A stretch of 64,000 bases of DNA from Chloroflexota bacterium (GTDB lineage: Bacteria > Chloroflexota > Anaerolineae > Anaerolineales > UBA11579). A program made the position numbers and the translations under genes. The notes beneath the pieces were generated by a model that had not been told where the DNA came from, made no database searches, and was given only the letters and a program-made list of their open reading frames with translations. The DNA lies in assembly GCA_039714215.1 (NCBI GenBank), contig JBDLJU010000001.1:5425-69424 (forward strand). The letters are read 5' to 3'. Positions 55,861 through 64,000 of the stretch are shown in pieces. Position 1 is the first letter of the stretch; each line of letters opens with the position of its first letter.

Positions 55861-58440
55861 TTAAGGTCTTCGCCAGGGCATTTTCCACCGTCGGAATGCA
55901 ATTTCCAAAGGCCATAAGATTATAATTAATCCAAGCAAAATTTCAAAAGAATTCTCTTTTCCAAGCAAACTAACCTCATTTTCGGTTGAATTTTGCAGTT
56001 TTCCGAAGCTGGTCGAGTTAATACCTGGAAATTCTGTCCATTTTTGAAGCAATTCCTTGCCCACTTTCGGGGCCTTGAACTGCCATTCGACCGGATAGTT
56101 CACCGTGAATGGTACCCCAATTTCTTGTTCCTTCCCATTGATTTCGTACTGAATTACGCCGCGGTATCCGCCGAATTGCGGAATAGGAAATTCAATCTGG
56201 TACTCCCCAGGACCGATCGGCAGCATCAAAAACCTTGACGGCAGATTGGATTGATCGGTGTAGATAAATTCTGGGGCGAGATGATTGATTGGGAAACCAT
56301 CTAGATCAAAAACCTTGAAAGTCACCTGGGCTTGTTGCTGATCAACCAGCAGCTCAACTGAGGAGAAATCAAATCTTGGGTCAGGCAGCGAATATTGGAT
56401 CACCTGGCGCCAAAACTCTCCCGCCTGTGACCAGGAAACCATCCCCGGGACCCATTCAGCGCCCATATCTCCCATCCAGGCAACGACATGCCCGTGACCC
56501 ACCTGCCAGGAAGACAGCAAAGGATCATCGAAGTTCCCGGAGAGCAGGATGTCCTCAGCTCCGAAATCAACCTTGCTGGATACCGCATTGTATCCAAATA
56601 TGCGTGGAAAATTGGACATCTCAATCCCGTTTAAAACCGGATGATTCTGAATGCCTGCCACAGAATTTGTTTCCCCGACCTGAATATTTTCACTGTGAGC
56701 GGCTTTACTCTCAGAGACCATCACCCCGGGAAGGTCAGCGGGGTCAAACACCTGGTAAAAGCGCCCATTCCCTTCTTGGGCGATAAAAGACAGGGTTTCC
56801 TCATCGCTCTCGTAACCCAATGCGATCGTAGAGATGGAGATGTTTTGCCGGCGGCCGATTGCAGTCAAAATTTCAAATTTCTCAAGGGTATCCTCATCGT
56901 TATCACTGGCTCCATCCGACATGAGCAAGATGTGTTTATATTCGGTTGGTTTGGTCTCGATGATCTTGGCGAGCGCTTCCTGCAATGCCTGGCTGATCTC
57001 GGTGCCACCGCTCGCCTTGATTTGACTGACAGCATCAAGCGCTAATCGCAGGCTGATCCCATCCCCCACTTCAGTAATATCCACATCCCAATTGGTATAA
57101 CTGTTAAACGTAAGCACGCCGAGGTAATCTTCCGGCCTCAGGCTCTCAATTGCACGCGCGGCAGCTTCTTTGGTCAGCTCGATCGGGGAGATGTCACTGT
57201 CCTCGTCTTGCGCCATGCTGCCAGATCGATCAAGTACCATCACATAGGTGGTTGGGTGGCGTTCTATCCGCTCTGGAGCGGTAAGGTCAACAGGGAGCAA
57301 TGGTTCCAACCGGGTATTCTCATACCCTCCGAGATTGTAGCTATTGCGCCCACCAAGGACGACCAAAGAACGACCATAATCCAAAACAAACGATTCCAGA
57401 CTGATCATCTGTTCATAATTTAAGTCCTGAGAGAGAAGGTCGAAGAGCAGGATTGCCTGATATCCTGCGAGCTGGTCGCGGGAGGTGGTCAGGTCATAGG
57501 GAGAAACCGTATCGATCTCAAGACCCTCATCTGCCAACGCCTGCGAAAGCTTGTCTGCCGCCTGGGTGCCGCGGCTGACCAGCAAGACCTGCGGCGGTGG
57601 AAAAACCTCGATTGCAGCATAGATCGAATTGTTGTGCTCAAACTGATCATTATCTATTTTTACCGTAACGTCGACCAGCATAATCCCTGGGTCTCCGGAC
57701 CGCAATCGAATAGCCGCCAGATTGTCCCCTTGATCAACCTTAACCAATATCTCCTCTTGATAGGTTCCATTAACAGTGATGCCTACTGAAACCTGACCTG
57801 CGGCAGGAGATTGAATCGGGAGGTGGATGTTAAATTCAGAATTTTCCCACACTCCGCTGGGACCAAGAACTTCTCCCAGAATAAGATCATTTTCCATTGT
57901 TTTCCCCAGCAGATGAACGAGGGCGAAATCAACATTGTCATTGCTCATTTCGATCAGTTGTTTTTCTATTTCTGTGTGATCCAGAACCACCCCGTCAGAA
58001 GCAATGATGATCTTTCCATTCTGGCCAGAGATGAGGTCGTGAGCGGCTTCCAATGCTGCTGCCAGGTTGCTCTCCTGTGTGCCTACCTGTGGCCATTGGC
58101 CTGAAAGCATCATCCCGGGCTGTTCACCAAAGGGGATCACGATTCGTTTTGCACCACTTTCTATCCAATCTTCAGCAAAATCCCAGGCTTCATCTAATGA
58201 CTGCTGATCAATGCTATCTGAGACATCAATCAGCATAATTTCGAGGCCAGCCTGCCTGGATTGCTCCTTGCTCTGATTGAGTGCAAAATAGCTAAACAGC
58301 AAGAGAACAAGCAATCCAATCCGAACTGCTAAAGCAAATTGTCTTCGCAAAGCAATTTTTTGCGCGTACCATACCAGACCCAGCACGGCAAAGATCGATA
58401 AAACCCAGGGAGCAAACAGCTTTACCGCCATGCGCGCCAT
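55861..58440 (-). CDS. Large membrane protein with two VWA domains (BatB-like)
   Basis: 859 aa with N-terminal TMs and MIDAS DxSxS motifs at IDVSDS and LDRSGS. A C-terminal TM is followed by RRWKMPWRRP. Confidence 0.8.
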   Translation of the reverse strand: MARMAVKLFAPWVLSIFAVLGLVWYAQKIALRRQFALAVRIGLLVLLLFSYFALNQSKEQSRQAGLEIMLIDVSDSIDQQSLDEAWDFAEDWIESGAKRIVIPFGEQPGMMLSGQWPQVGTQESNLAAALEAAHDLISGQNGKIIIASDGVVLDHTEIEKQLIEMSNDNVDFALVHLLGKTMENDLILGEVLGPSGVWENSEFNIHLPIQSPAAGQVSVGITVNGTYQEEILVKVDQGDNLAAIRLRSGDPGIMLVDVTVKIDNDQFEHNNSIYAAIEVFPPPQVLLVSRGTQAADKLSQALADEGLEIDTVSPYDLTTSRDQLAGYQAILLFDLLSQDLNYEQMISLESFVLDYGRSLVVLGGRNSYNLGGYENTRLEPLLPVDLTAPERIERHPTTYVMVLDRSGSMAQDEDSDISPIELTKEAAARAIESLRPEDYLGVLTFNSYTNWDVDITEVGDGISLRLALDAVSQIKASGGTEISQALQEALAKIIETKPTEYKHILLMSDGASDNDEDTLEKFEILTAIGRRQNISISTIALGYESDEETLSFIAQEGNGRFYQVFDPADLPGVMVSESKAAHSENIQVGETNSVAGIQNHPVLNGIEMSNFPRIFGYNAVSSKVDFGAEDILLSGNFDDPLLSSWQVGHGHVVAWMGDMGAEWVPGMVSWSQAGEFWRQVIQYSLPDPRFDFSSVELLVDQQQAQVTFKVFDLDGFPINHLAPEFIYTDQSNLPSRFLMLPIGPGEYQIEFPIPQFGGYRGVIQYEINGKEQEIGVPFTVNYPVEWQFKAPKVGKELLQKWTEFPGINSTSFGKLQNSTENEVSLLGKENSFEILLGLIIILWPLEIAFRRWKMPWRRP

Positions 58441-60236
58441 GCCTCCAAAACGAGTAGAATTATCACAGATCCCAGCAGCCAGGGGGTGAGATCAACCAGG
58501 ATTTTCTGATCTTCCCAGGCGTCAATCTCTTGATCTGAAACATCCTCGGTCCACGGACGCGGACGAAGGTCACTCTCTTCGTAATCTCCCGAATTCACCC
58601 CAAAATATATTTGCCCAGTATCAGTGGGCTCGCTCGGACTATTCACTGAGTATCGACCAAATTGTCTTAGTTCGAACTCGCCTTTGTTGTCAAGCAGGGT
58701 TGAAATTCCCGCTGGATCGATGATTGTAATTCCCTCTGGCAATGATATTTGTGGGAATTTGATGATTTCGCCAATTAGATATGATTGCTCAACCTGGAAT
58801 TCGCGGTTGGTTTCGACCACATTCGAAATTAATAACGGGAAAGAAGGATGCATCGTCAGGTTCCCAACAGTCAGCTCTGGTAAAAAGACGAGGAGATTAC
58901 CAGTGGGCAGCTCAGCTTGAAGCAGGAGCGGGATTTCTCCCGCAGCAACCAAAGGATCGAATTCTGACTGCCAGAGCGGGATAGCTCTGCTTTCCTGCCA
59001 GCGGACACCGGCAAAGTCGATGTCTCCGGTAATTGGACCATAATGGATCTCAAGCGGCTGGTTGATTAAATTTACTCCCCGCACCTGGAGCAGGTCAGAA
59101 CCGGAGGGAGGGTCAAAAACCAAGATCGACCCAGCTGGCCAATCCGCAGGGAGGAATTCACGAAACACGGTCAGGTTGAACCGCGCGGAATCCCGGTACT
59201 CAAGCGGGTCGATGACCGTTAAATCCAGGTCGGGGATTGCCCGCAAGGCTCGCTCCAGCGCCCCTGGCTTTGCGGCAACCAGGGCAACGCTGAGCTTTTT
59301 CTCAGACCAATATCCTATTCCGGCGGAATTGTCCTCTAGCAGCGGGTCAGACCCACTTAGTTCAACATGCAGATAATCTGGCTCTCTATGCAGGGTCAAT
59401 GCATAAGGCTGGCTGGAATCAGGAAGCAGCTTAACTTCAGCCCGGTGGACCTCAACTCCATCTTCGATCACCCGGATTTGATGAACGCTTTCATCTGTGG
59501 AATGATTAAGGATATTTGCGTACAGTTGATAAACGCCTTCGGAAATTTTTAGCATCTGCAAATCTGTGACCGCCTGATTCGGCCAGGCTTTTCCATAAAA
59601 GTGCCAATCGATTGGAAGTTCGTACTCCCAATCATCCGCTAAATCGAAAGCACCATCGGTAAAAATATGAACCTCAACTCCCTGCTCAAATTCAAGCGTC
59701 GCTTCAGCCAGCACAAAACCAGCCTGAAGTTGGAAACCGCTTCCGCCTGCGGTTAATTCAGAAATCCGTTTGGTCAATGTTGCGCGTGAAATTTCTGAGG
59801 TATCTCCAACAAGCTCGACATCATTTCCCAAGGCAATGACCGCAATGGCTGATTGACTTTCAACACCACCGATCAGTTCAATCAAATCAGCTTTTGCAGC
59901 AGCAAACCGGCTGGGTGCCAGATCAACAGCCAACATAGAAGTTGAAGTGTCCACCAAAATAATCACCTGACGCCCTTGCCCAAAAAGCGCAGGGAGTTTA
60001 ATCTGAGGCTGGGCGAATGCCAGACTGATCGCAGCCGCGACCAACAAATCAAGCAGCAGCAGCCAACTTAATTTGATTCGCCGTGGTTTGCTGCCATGTG
60101 ATTTTTTATCCAAAAATGACCACAAGACCAGGCTGGATACATCGAAATGCTGCTTTCTCTCAAAAAAGAGGTGCAGCCCGATGATCAGGGGCAGGCTGAT
60201 CATCCCGAGGAGGCCTAACGGGTTCAAAAAGCTCAT
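58422..60236 (-). CDS. BatA-like protein (aerotolerance-regulator N-terminal domain plus VWA)
   Basis: 604 aa. The N-terminus MSFLNPLGLLGMISLPLIIGLHLFFERK is BatA-type, the MIDAS motif is VDTSTS, and there is a C-terminal TM. Confidence 0.8.
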   Translation of the reverse strand: MSFLNPLGLLGMISLPLIIGLHLFFERKQHFDVSSLVLWSFLDKKSHGSKPRRIKLSWLLLLDLLVAAAISLAFAQPQIKLPALFGQGRQVIILVDTSTSMLAVDLAPSRFAAAKADLIELIGGVESQSAIAVIALGNDVELVGDTSEISRATLTKRISELTAGGSGFQLQAGFVLAEATLEFEQGVEVHIFTDGAFDLADDWEYELPIDWHFYGKAWPNQAVTDLQMLKISEGVYQLYANILNHSTDESVHQIRVIEDGVEVHRAEVKLLPDSSQPYALTLHREPDYLHVELSGSDPLLEDNSAGIGYWSEKKLSVALVAAKPGALERALRAIPDLDLTVIDPLEYRDSARFNLTVFREFLPADWPAGSILVFDPPSGSDLLQVRGVNLINQPLEIHYGPITGDIDFAGVRWQESRAIPLWQSEFDPLVAAGEIPLLLQAELPTGNLLVFLPELTVGNLTMHPSFPLLISNVVETNREFQVEQSYLIGEIIKFPQISLPEGITIIDPAGISTLLDNKGEFELRQFGRYSVNSPSEPTDTGQIYFGVNSGDYEESDLRPRPWTEDVSDQEIDAWEDQKILVDLTPWLLGSVIILLVLEAWRAWR

Positions 60237-61195
60237 CGATTCACCAGGATATTTTTTGCCCGCAGATTTGGGAGTACCTCTCCCTCAAGAGAAGCGTTGG
60301 TATTAACCAGGGTGTAAGATACATGGTGCTCGACACATGCCATATCCAGACGTTTTTGCCAATCGGAGACCCGCTGGTGATACTTGGCCAAAGCCCTTGC
60401 AGTCAGATCGAAATTGACCTTCTTATGGGTTTCAACATCCTCCAGTTCGATAGATCCTCTGATTACCGGGGCTAATTCCTGGGGATGAAGCAGATGAACC
60501 ACGTTTACCATCCACGCAGGCGTCGGTAAACCGCCCAAAATTTCAGATAGTCTGTCCGCCTCTAGCAGATCAGATAAAATAAAAACAATCCCCCCATTCA
60601 TCACCGATGTTCTTAATTTGGTCAAAGCTTGTCCAAGGCTGGCTTCGCCTGAATAATTGAGCTGATCCAAATATCGGGCGGTGGAGTTGAATTGTCCCTT
60701 TCCAGAAATTGGCCCTAGCGCCTTATTACCTCGCCCGCCGTAGGGCTGAAGATATAATCGATCCCCATAATCCAGCGCTAAATAGGACAACATCGAGGCC
60801 AGTTTCTTTTGAAGGACTGATTTCGGCGGCGCCCCCCAATGCATTGACCCGCTGCAGTCAAGTAATATAAAAATGTTAACCGATTTAGTAAGCTCCCCTT
60901 GCCTGATGATCACGCCATCCTGGCGGGCGGATGCGCGCCAATCCACATAGCGAATATCGTCACCAGCCGTATAGCTGCGGTGCTCAATGAATTCGGTGGA
61001 TGGTTTCCGCCGGTGACTGCTGCGCGCCCCCGTCCGGCTGCCGCTCAATTCCTTGCTTGCCTGGATCTGCAGGCGGTTAAGTTGGCGGAAAATCGCTGAG
61101 CTCAAGGATGCCGAATAGCTCCTCTGAATTTCTGAGGAGCTATCAACCTGAGATCCTGGCTCTTTATTGAGGCGTAAAATACGACGAAACCACAT
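60233..61195 (-). CDS. DUF58 (VWA-like) protein
   Basis: DUF58 pattern: FIEHRSYTAGDDIRYVDW and ILLDCSGSM. The start is uncertain (ATG 61195 or TTG 61252). ATGA overlap with the BatA-like start. Confidence 0.8.
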   Translation of the reverse strand: MWFRRILRLNKEPGSQVDSSSEIQRSYSASLSSAIFRQLNRLQIQASKELSGSRTGARSSHRRKPSTEFIEHRSYTAGDDIRYVDWRASARQDGVIIRQGELTKSVNIFILLDCSGSMHWGAPPKSVLQKKLASMLSYLALDYGDRLYLQPYGGRGNKALGPISGKGQFNSTARYLDQLNYSGEASLGQALTKLRTSVMNGGIVFILSDLLEADRLSEILGGLPTPAWMVNVVHLLHPQELAPVIRGSIELEDVETHKKVNFDLTARALAKYHQRVSDWQKRLDMACVEHHVSYTLVNTNASLEGEVLPNLRAKNILVNR

Positions 61196-62444
61196 TGTTA
61201 TTTTTCCAAGAATATGAATATGAGGGCAAATCAGTTCCCTCGTTTGAGTCAAAGTTAACCCCGTCTAGATTGACCTCGTCTCCCAACACCAATACTGAAT
61301 CTGCACTGCCCCCACCCGGGACAGCCAATAAATCCGAGATATCTTCAGCGCTCTCGACCAAAACCCCCTCCCCTTCACCAGCCAGACGGGGGATTGGGGC
61401 ATCCTCATCTGTGTTGGCGTCCTGGTCTACAACCGCGTGATTATTATGATTTAGATTTCGGAGCAATTCCGCCACCTCCCCCAACGAGCGTTTGATTTGC
61501 TCAACTTCCCCGTTCTCAAGAGCTTCGGTCGCAGCGCTAAAAACATCAGTGATCGATTGATACTTCGAGAGGTACAGCTCCCTCACCAATCCATTGAATT
61601 GGTCTGCAACCAGGAGATGAGTATTTGTTGACAGGCGGCCAGCATTCTCTGAAATCAAATCCAGCTGCTTTGCCGCTTTGGAAAGATTTCCTTTTGTCAA
61701 AGCAGTTCCGAAACCAGCAGTGGCAGTATTATTCAAAAGCCCTTCGCCAACATGTTTTAATGCCTCCATTATTTTTTCATTTTCTTCTGGAGTGAACTCG
61801 ACAAGATCCCCACCAGCAACCGTCTCAGCCTGAAGAGCAGCTGTCCGGGAGATTGGAGATTGGCCGGGGATCCCCGAAGGAAAAACATCCAAGAAACCAG
61901 GCTCGCTTCCCAAACCGGGGAGCAAACTTATCTCAGATCCAGTCACCACAGAATCGAATAAATCCAATCCTGAAAGGTTGATCGTCGCCAGCAGTAAAAC
62001 CACAACGACGAGGGCTTCCAGATCATTGCGGAGCCGCCAACCTTTTTTCAATACTCGACGGATCAGCTCCGGGAGCAAAATTGCAGTCTCCTGCAGGAGG
62101 GCAGTATTTAGCTCATTTTGTGTGAATGAAACTTCTTTTTCGGATTCGGAAACTTGATAAGAGGTGGAGATTTGTTCCTGCAGTTCAAGTTTTCGATCGA
62201 CCCGCCACAGGAAATCGGAGAATTTAACTGGTTTAACCAACAGCGTCAGTAGAGAGATCAGTCCGGCGGCTGCCGAGATCAACAGCCAATAATCAGGGTT
62301 ATCCAGCTGGCCGCTAAAAGTGTTTATCCCCCAACAGAAAATGTAAACTGCTCCGCTGATCCAGGCGCTGCGCACCAGCAGGCGGATTGCCTTCTGAGCT
62401 ACAGCCAGGCAGTAAAGCCATCGGAAGCGACTTGATAGTTTCAT
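61164..62444 (-). CDS. Membrane protein of the MoxR/VWA operon (hypothetical)
   Basis: 426 aa with two N-terminal TM helices, a third near aa 145, and an acidic C-terminal half. 4-nt overlap with the upstream gene. Confidence 0.55.
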   Translation of the reverse strand: MKLSSRFRWLYCLAVAQKAIRLLVRSAWISGAVYIFCWGINTFSGQLDNPDYWLLISAAAGLISLLTLLVKPVKFSDFLWRVDRKLELQEQISTSYQVSESEKEVSFTQNELNTALLQETAILLPELIRRVLKKGWRLRNDLEALVVVVLLLATINLSGLDLFDSVVTGSEISLLPGLGSEPGFLDVFPSGIPGQSPISRTAALQAETVAGGDLVEFTPEENEKIMEALKHVGEGLLNNTATAGFGTALTKGNLSKAAKQLDLISENAGRLSTNTHLLVADQFNGLVRELYLSKYQSITDVFSAATEALENGEVEQIKRSLGEVAELLRNLNHNNHAVVDQDANTDEDAPIPRLAGEGEGVLVESAEDISDLLAVPGGGSADSVLVLGDEVNLDGVNFDSNEGTDLPSYSYSWKNNNVVSSYFTPQ

Positions 62445-63904
62445 AACAGATCAGCCTCGACCGGATAAGGTTTCCGCGCAGAAATAGCCTGACGAATGAT
62501 CAGCCCGGTGCAGACAAGTATCACCAGGGAGATCAGGAACTGGAAATAAGTATTCTGCTGGATACCCAGGAGAGACAAGAGGATCAAAACCTGTTCGCCG
62601 CTCTCCGTGTCACCAAGGGCAAGCAACCGCTGCCCAATCGATAAAATTTCCTTGCTCCTGAATGGGTTGATCCCAATCCCCTGCTGGCGAATCAGGTCAA
62701 GGCCAGCACGGAGATCAAGTACCTCTTTTGAGACGGCGAGATATGCCTCAAGTTCTGATACTCTGCGCGTATCTCCAAGTTGTTGGAAAAGGTCCAGGGC
62801 GAGTGCGCCAGCAGTGTAGCTCTCTTTATACTCCCCAGATAAGAGAGCATCCCGCGCCTGCAAGGTAAGCTGGTCTGCTTCTACCCCCAGTTTGGCTTTG
62901 GCCAGTAATCCCTGAGCAGCAATGAGCTCGTCTGGATTACCGAAAATTTCAATAATGAAGACTGCTTCATCAAGCCGTAGAACCGATTCTTGATAGGCTC
63001 CAGCATCAAGAAGTTGACGAATAACATCCAGATCGTAAGCATGAAAAATATTTACCTGCCAGCGATGATCGAGATAGACAGGGAAATATGTTTCCCAGTG
63101 CTCCTCAAGCCCCTGGATGCTGCTCCCATATACCTCTGCAGCTGCCTCGTGATAACCCTGTTTATGATTTATTTCTTTGAGAAAATCAATAAATTTTTCC
63201 CAACCGTACACATCGACCAGATAGGCCACTGTACTGGTCGATTGCAGCAAGGCGCGCTGATCAGATAAAGGCGCGTTTTCTTCCCAGAGCACTTTCCAGT
63301 TCAGCTCTGCCTCTTGAGGGCGGCCGCCAGCTTCAAAACGAGACGTAAAGGTCTCTCCTGGATCCTCGAAATAACCGCCTAAGCCATTCAACAGTCCCGG
63401 GGGAGCAAATCCGCCGGAAAGCTCACCAGCAAACAAGACGGCTAACTCGTGGCGGACCCCATTAAGCACAGCAGGCTGCCAGCTGTCCTCTTCTCGAATT
63501 TGATGTAGGAACAAGGCGATCTCACGCGTGCCTGCCCGGCTGTGAGCAGTGCCTTCCCCAAGAAATGGAGTCTGGGGATTCAGGCAGTAGAAATCATCGT
63601 GCAGCGGGTAAATTCTCAAGGTGATTGGTAGCAATAAATTTGTTTTAAAAACCTTGCGATAATCAACAAGCATCTGGTTGATCTCCGTAGATAGCTCATT
63701 GACGAGATCAGTGGAAAACCTAGTAAAGCCTAATGGGTAAACGACAACAAATCCGCCCATACCTTTTTCCTGCCAATCCAAATCGGTGAAGCAAAATTCC
63801 TGCTTAAAAGGTGACGCGTTTACAGTATTTTGCCTCCCAAATAAAACAACGGGGATTAACAAGAGAGCCAGCAAACCGACCCGATACCACCTTCGATTCC
63901 TCAT
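62441..63904 (-). CDS. Exported/anchored protein with a degenerate peptidase-MA-like segment, helical repeats and a C-terminal TM
   Basis: 487 aa with a signal-like N-terminus (RVGLLALLLIPVVLFG), the segment RHELAVLF..PPGLLNGLGGYFE (nt 63365-63454) and a C-terminal TM (FLISLVILVCTGLII). Confidence 0.55.
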   Translation of the reverse strand: MRNRRWYRVGLLALLLIPVVLFGRQNTVNASPFKQEFCFTDLDWQEKGMGGFVVVYPLGFTRFSTDLVNELSTEINQMLVDYRKVFKTNLLLPITLRIYPLHDDFYCLNPQTPFLGEGTAHSRAGTREIALFLHQIREEDSWQPAVLNGVRHELAVLFAGELSGGFAPPGLLNGLGGYFEDPGETFTSRFEAGGRPQEAELNWKVLWEENAPLSDQRALLQSTSTVAYLVDVYGWEKFIDFLKEINHKQGYHEAAAEVYGSSIQGLEEHWETYFPVYLDHRWQVNIFHAYDLDVIRQLLDAGAYQESVLRLDEAVFIIEIFGNPDELIAAQGLLAKAKLGVEADQLTLQARDALLSGEYKESYTAGALALDLFQQLGDTRRVSELEAYLAVSKEVLDLRAGLDLIRQQGIGINPFRSKEILSIGQRLLALGDTESGEQVLILLSLLGIQQNTYFQFLISLVILVCTGLIIRQAISARKPYPVEADLL

Positions 63905-63913
63905 TAGTAACGA

Positions 63914-63942
63914 ATCTTAGCATAGAACGAAAATGCATGCAA
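63914..63942 (-). promoter_or_regulatory. Candidate sigma-70 promoter of the MoxR/VWA operon
   Basis: Minus strand TTGCAT (63942-63937), 17 nt, TAAGAT (63919-63914), then 9 nt, then ATG 63904. No SD. Confidence 0.4.
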
Positions 63943-64000
63943 ACTTGCGGCTCAGCCATGTCCTTAATAATCTTCACCAATTCACTCAGAGTATGCTAGA

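Overview
This 64 kb window is mostly housekeeping bacterial chromosome. It holds about 47 protein genes and 3 tRNAs. I saw no rRNA, CRISPR array, transposase or prophage block. The origin cannot be established from sequence alone; gene content suggests a Chloroflexota/Anaerolineae-like organism, which is a low-confidence inference.

Layout, left to right:
- A membrane PP2C phosphatase runs off the left edge, followed by a DUF47 gene and ychF.
- A tightly overlapping 8-gene purine operon lies on the minus strand (15143 to 4183): purS-purL fusion, purQ, purC, class II purE, purF, purD-purM fusion, purN, purH.
- A small accessory-looking patch (15.4-20.1 kb) contains a secreted LTD-MBL-LTD protein, an orphan ORF, 545 bp of A-rich non-coding DNA and a lone tyrosine recombinase.
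- Next come an ADP-forming acyl-CoA synthetase, histidine kinase, OmpR-type regulator and CBS/ACT protein in a co-directional string.
- Then tRNA-Met, an FtsB-like gene, tRNA-Leu, a TPR membrane protein, moeA, rel, tRNA-Asp, glgC, ino1, an aldo/keto reductase, a histidine phosphatase, rlmI, ligA, an esterase, a patatin and proS.
- A three-gene operon (44836-53043) encodes a small 2-TM protein, a 1761-aa TPR protein and an 853-aa protein with a gingipain/caspase-like His-Cys domain. A near-consensus sigma-54 -24/-12 element sits upstream.
- The window ends with a metallophosphoesterase, an S41 protease and a six-gene MoxR/DUF58/BatA/VWA operon.

Most notable observations:
- The sigma-54-type promoter in front of the TPR/clan-CD-like operon.
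- A proS leader with terminator and antiterminator alternatives that is not a canonical T-box.
- An animal-like purine pathway architecture: class II PurE without PurK, PurD-PurM fusion followed by PurN, and PurC next to PurE.
- A recurrent TATAAT placed 6-7 nt before ATG, implying leaderless mRNAs for purL, ligA and the ftsB-like gene.

I found nothing I can call a clearly new system with confidence. The 44.8-53.0 kb operon is the best candidate.
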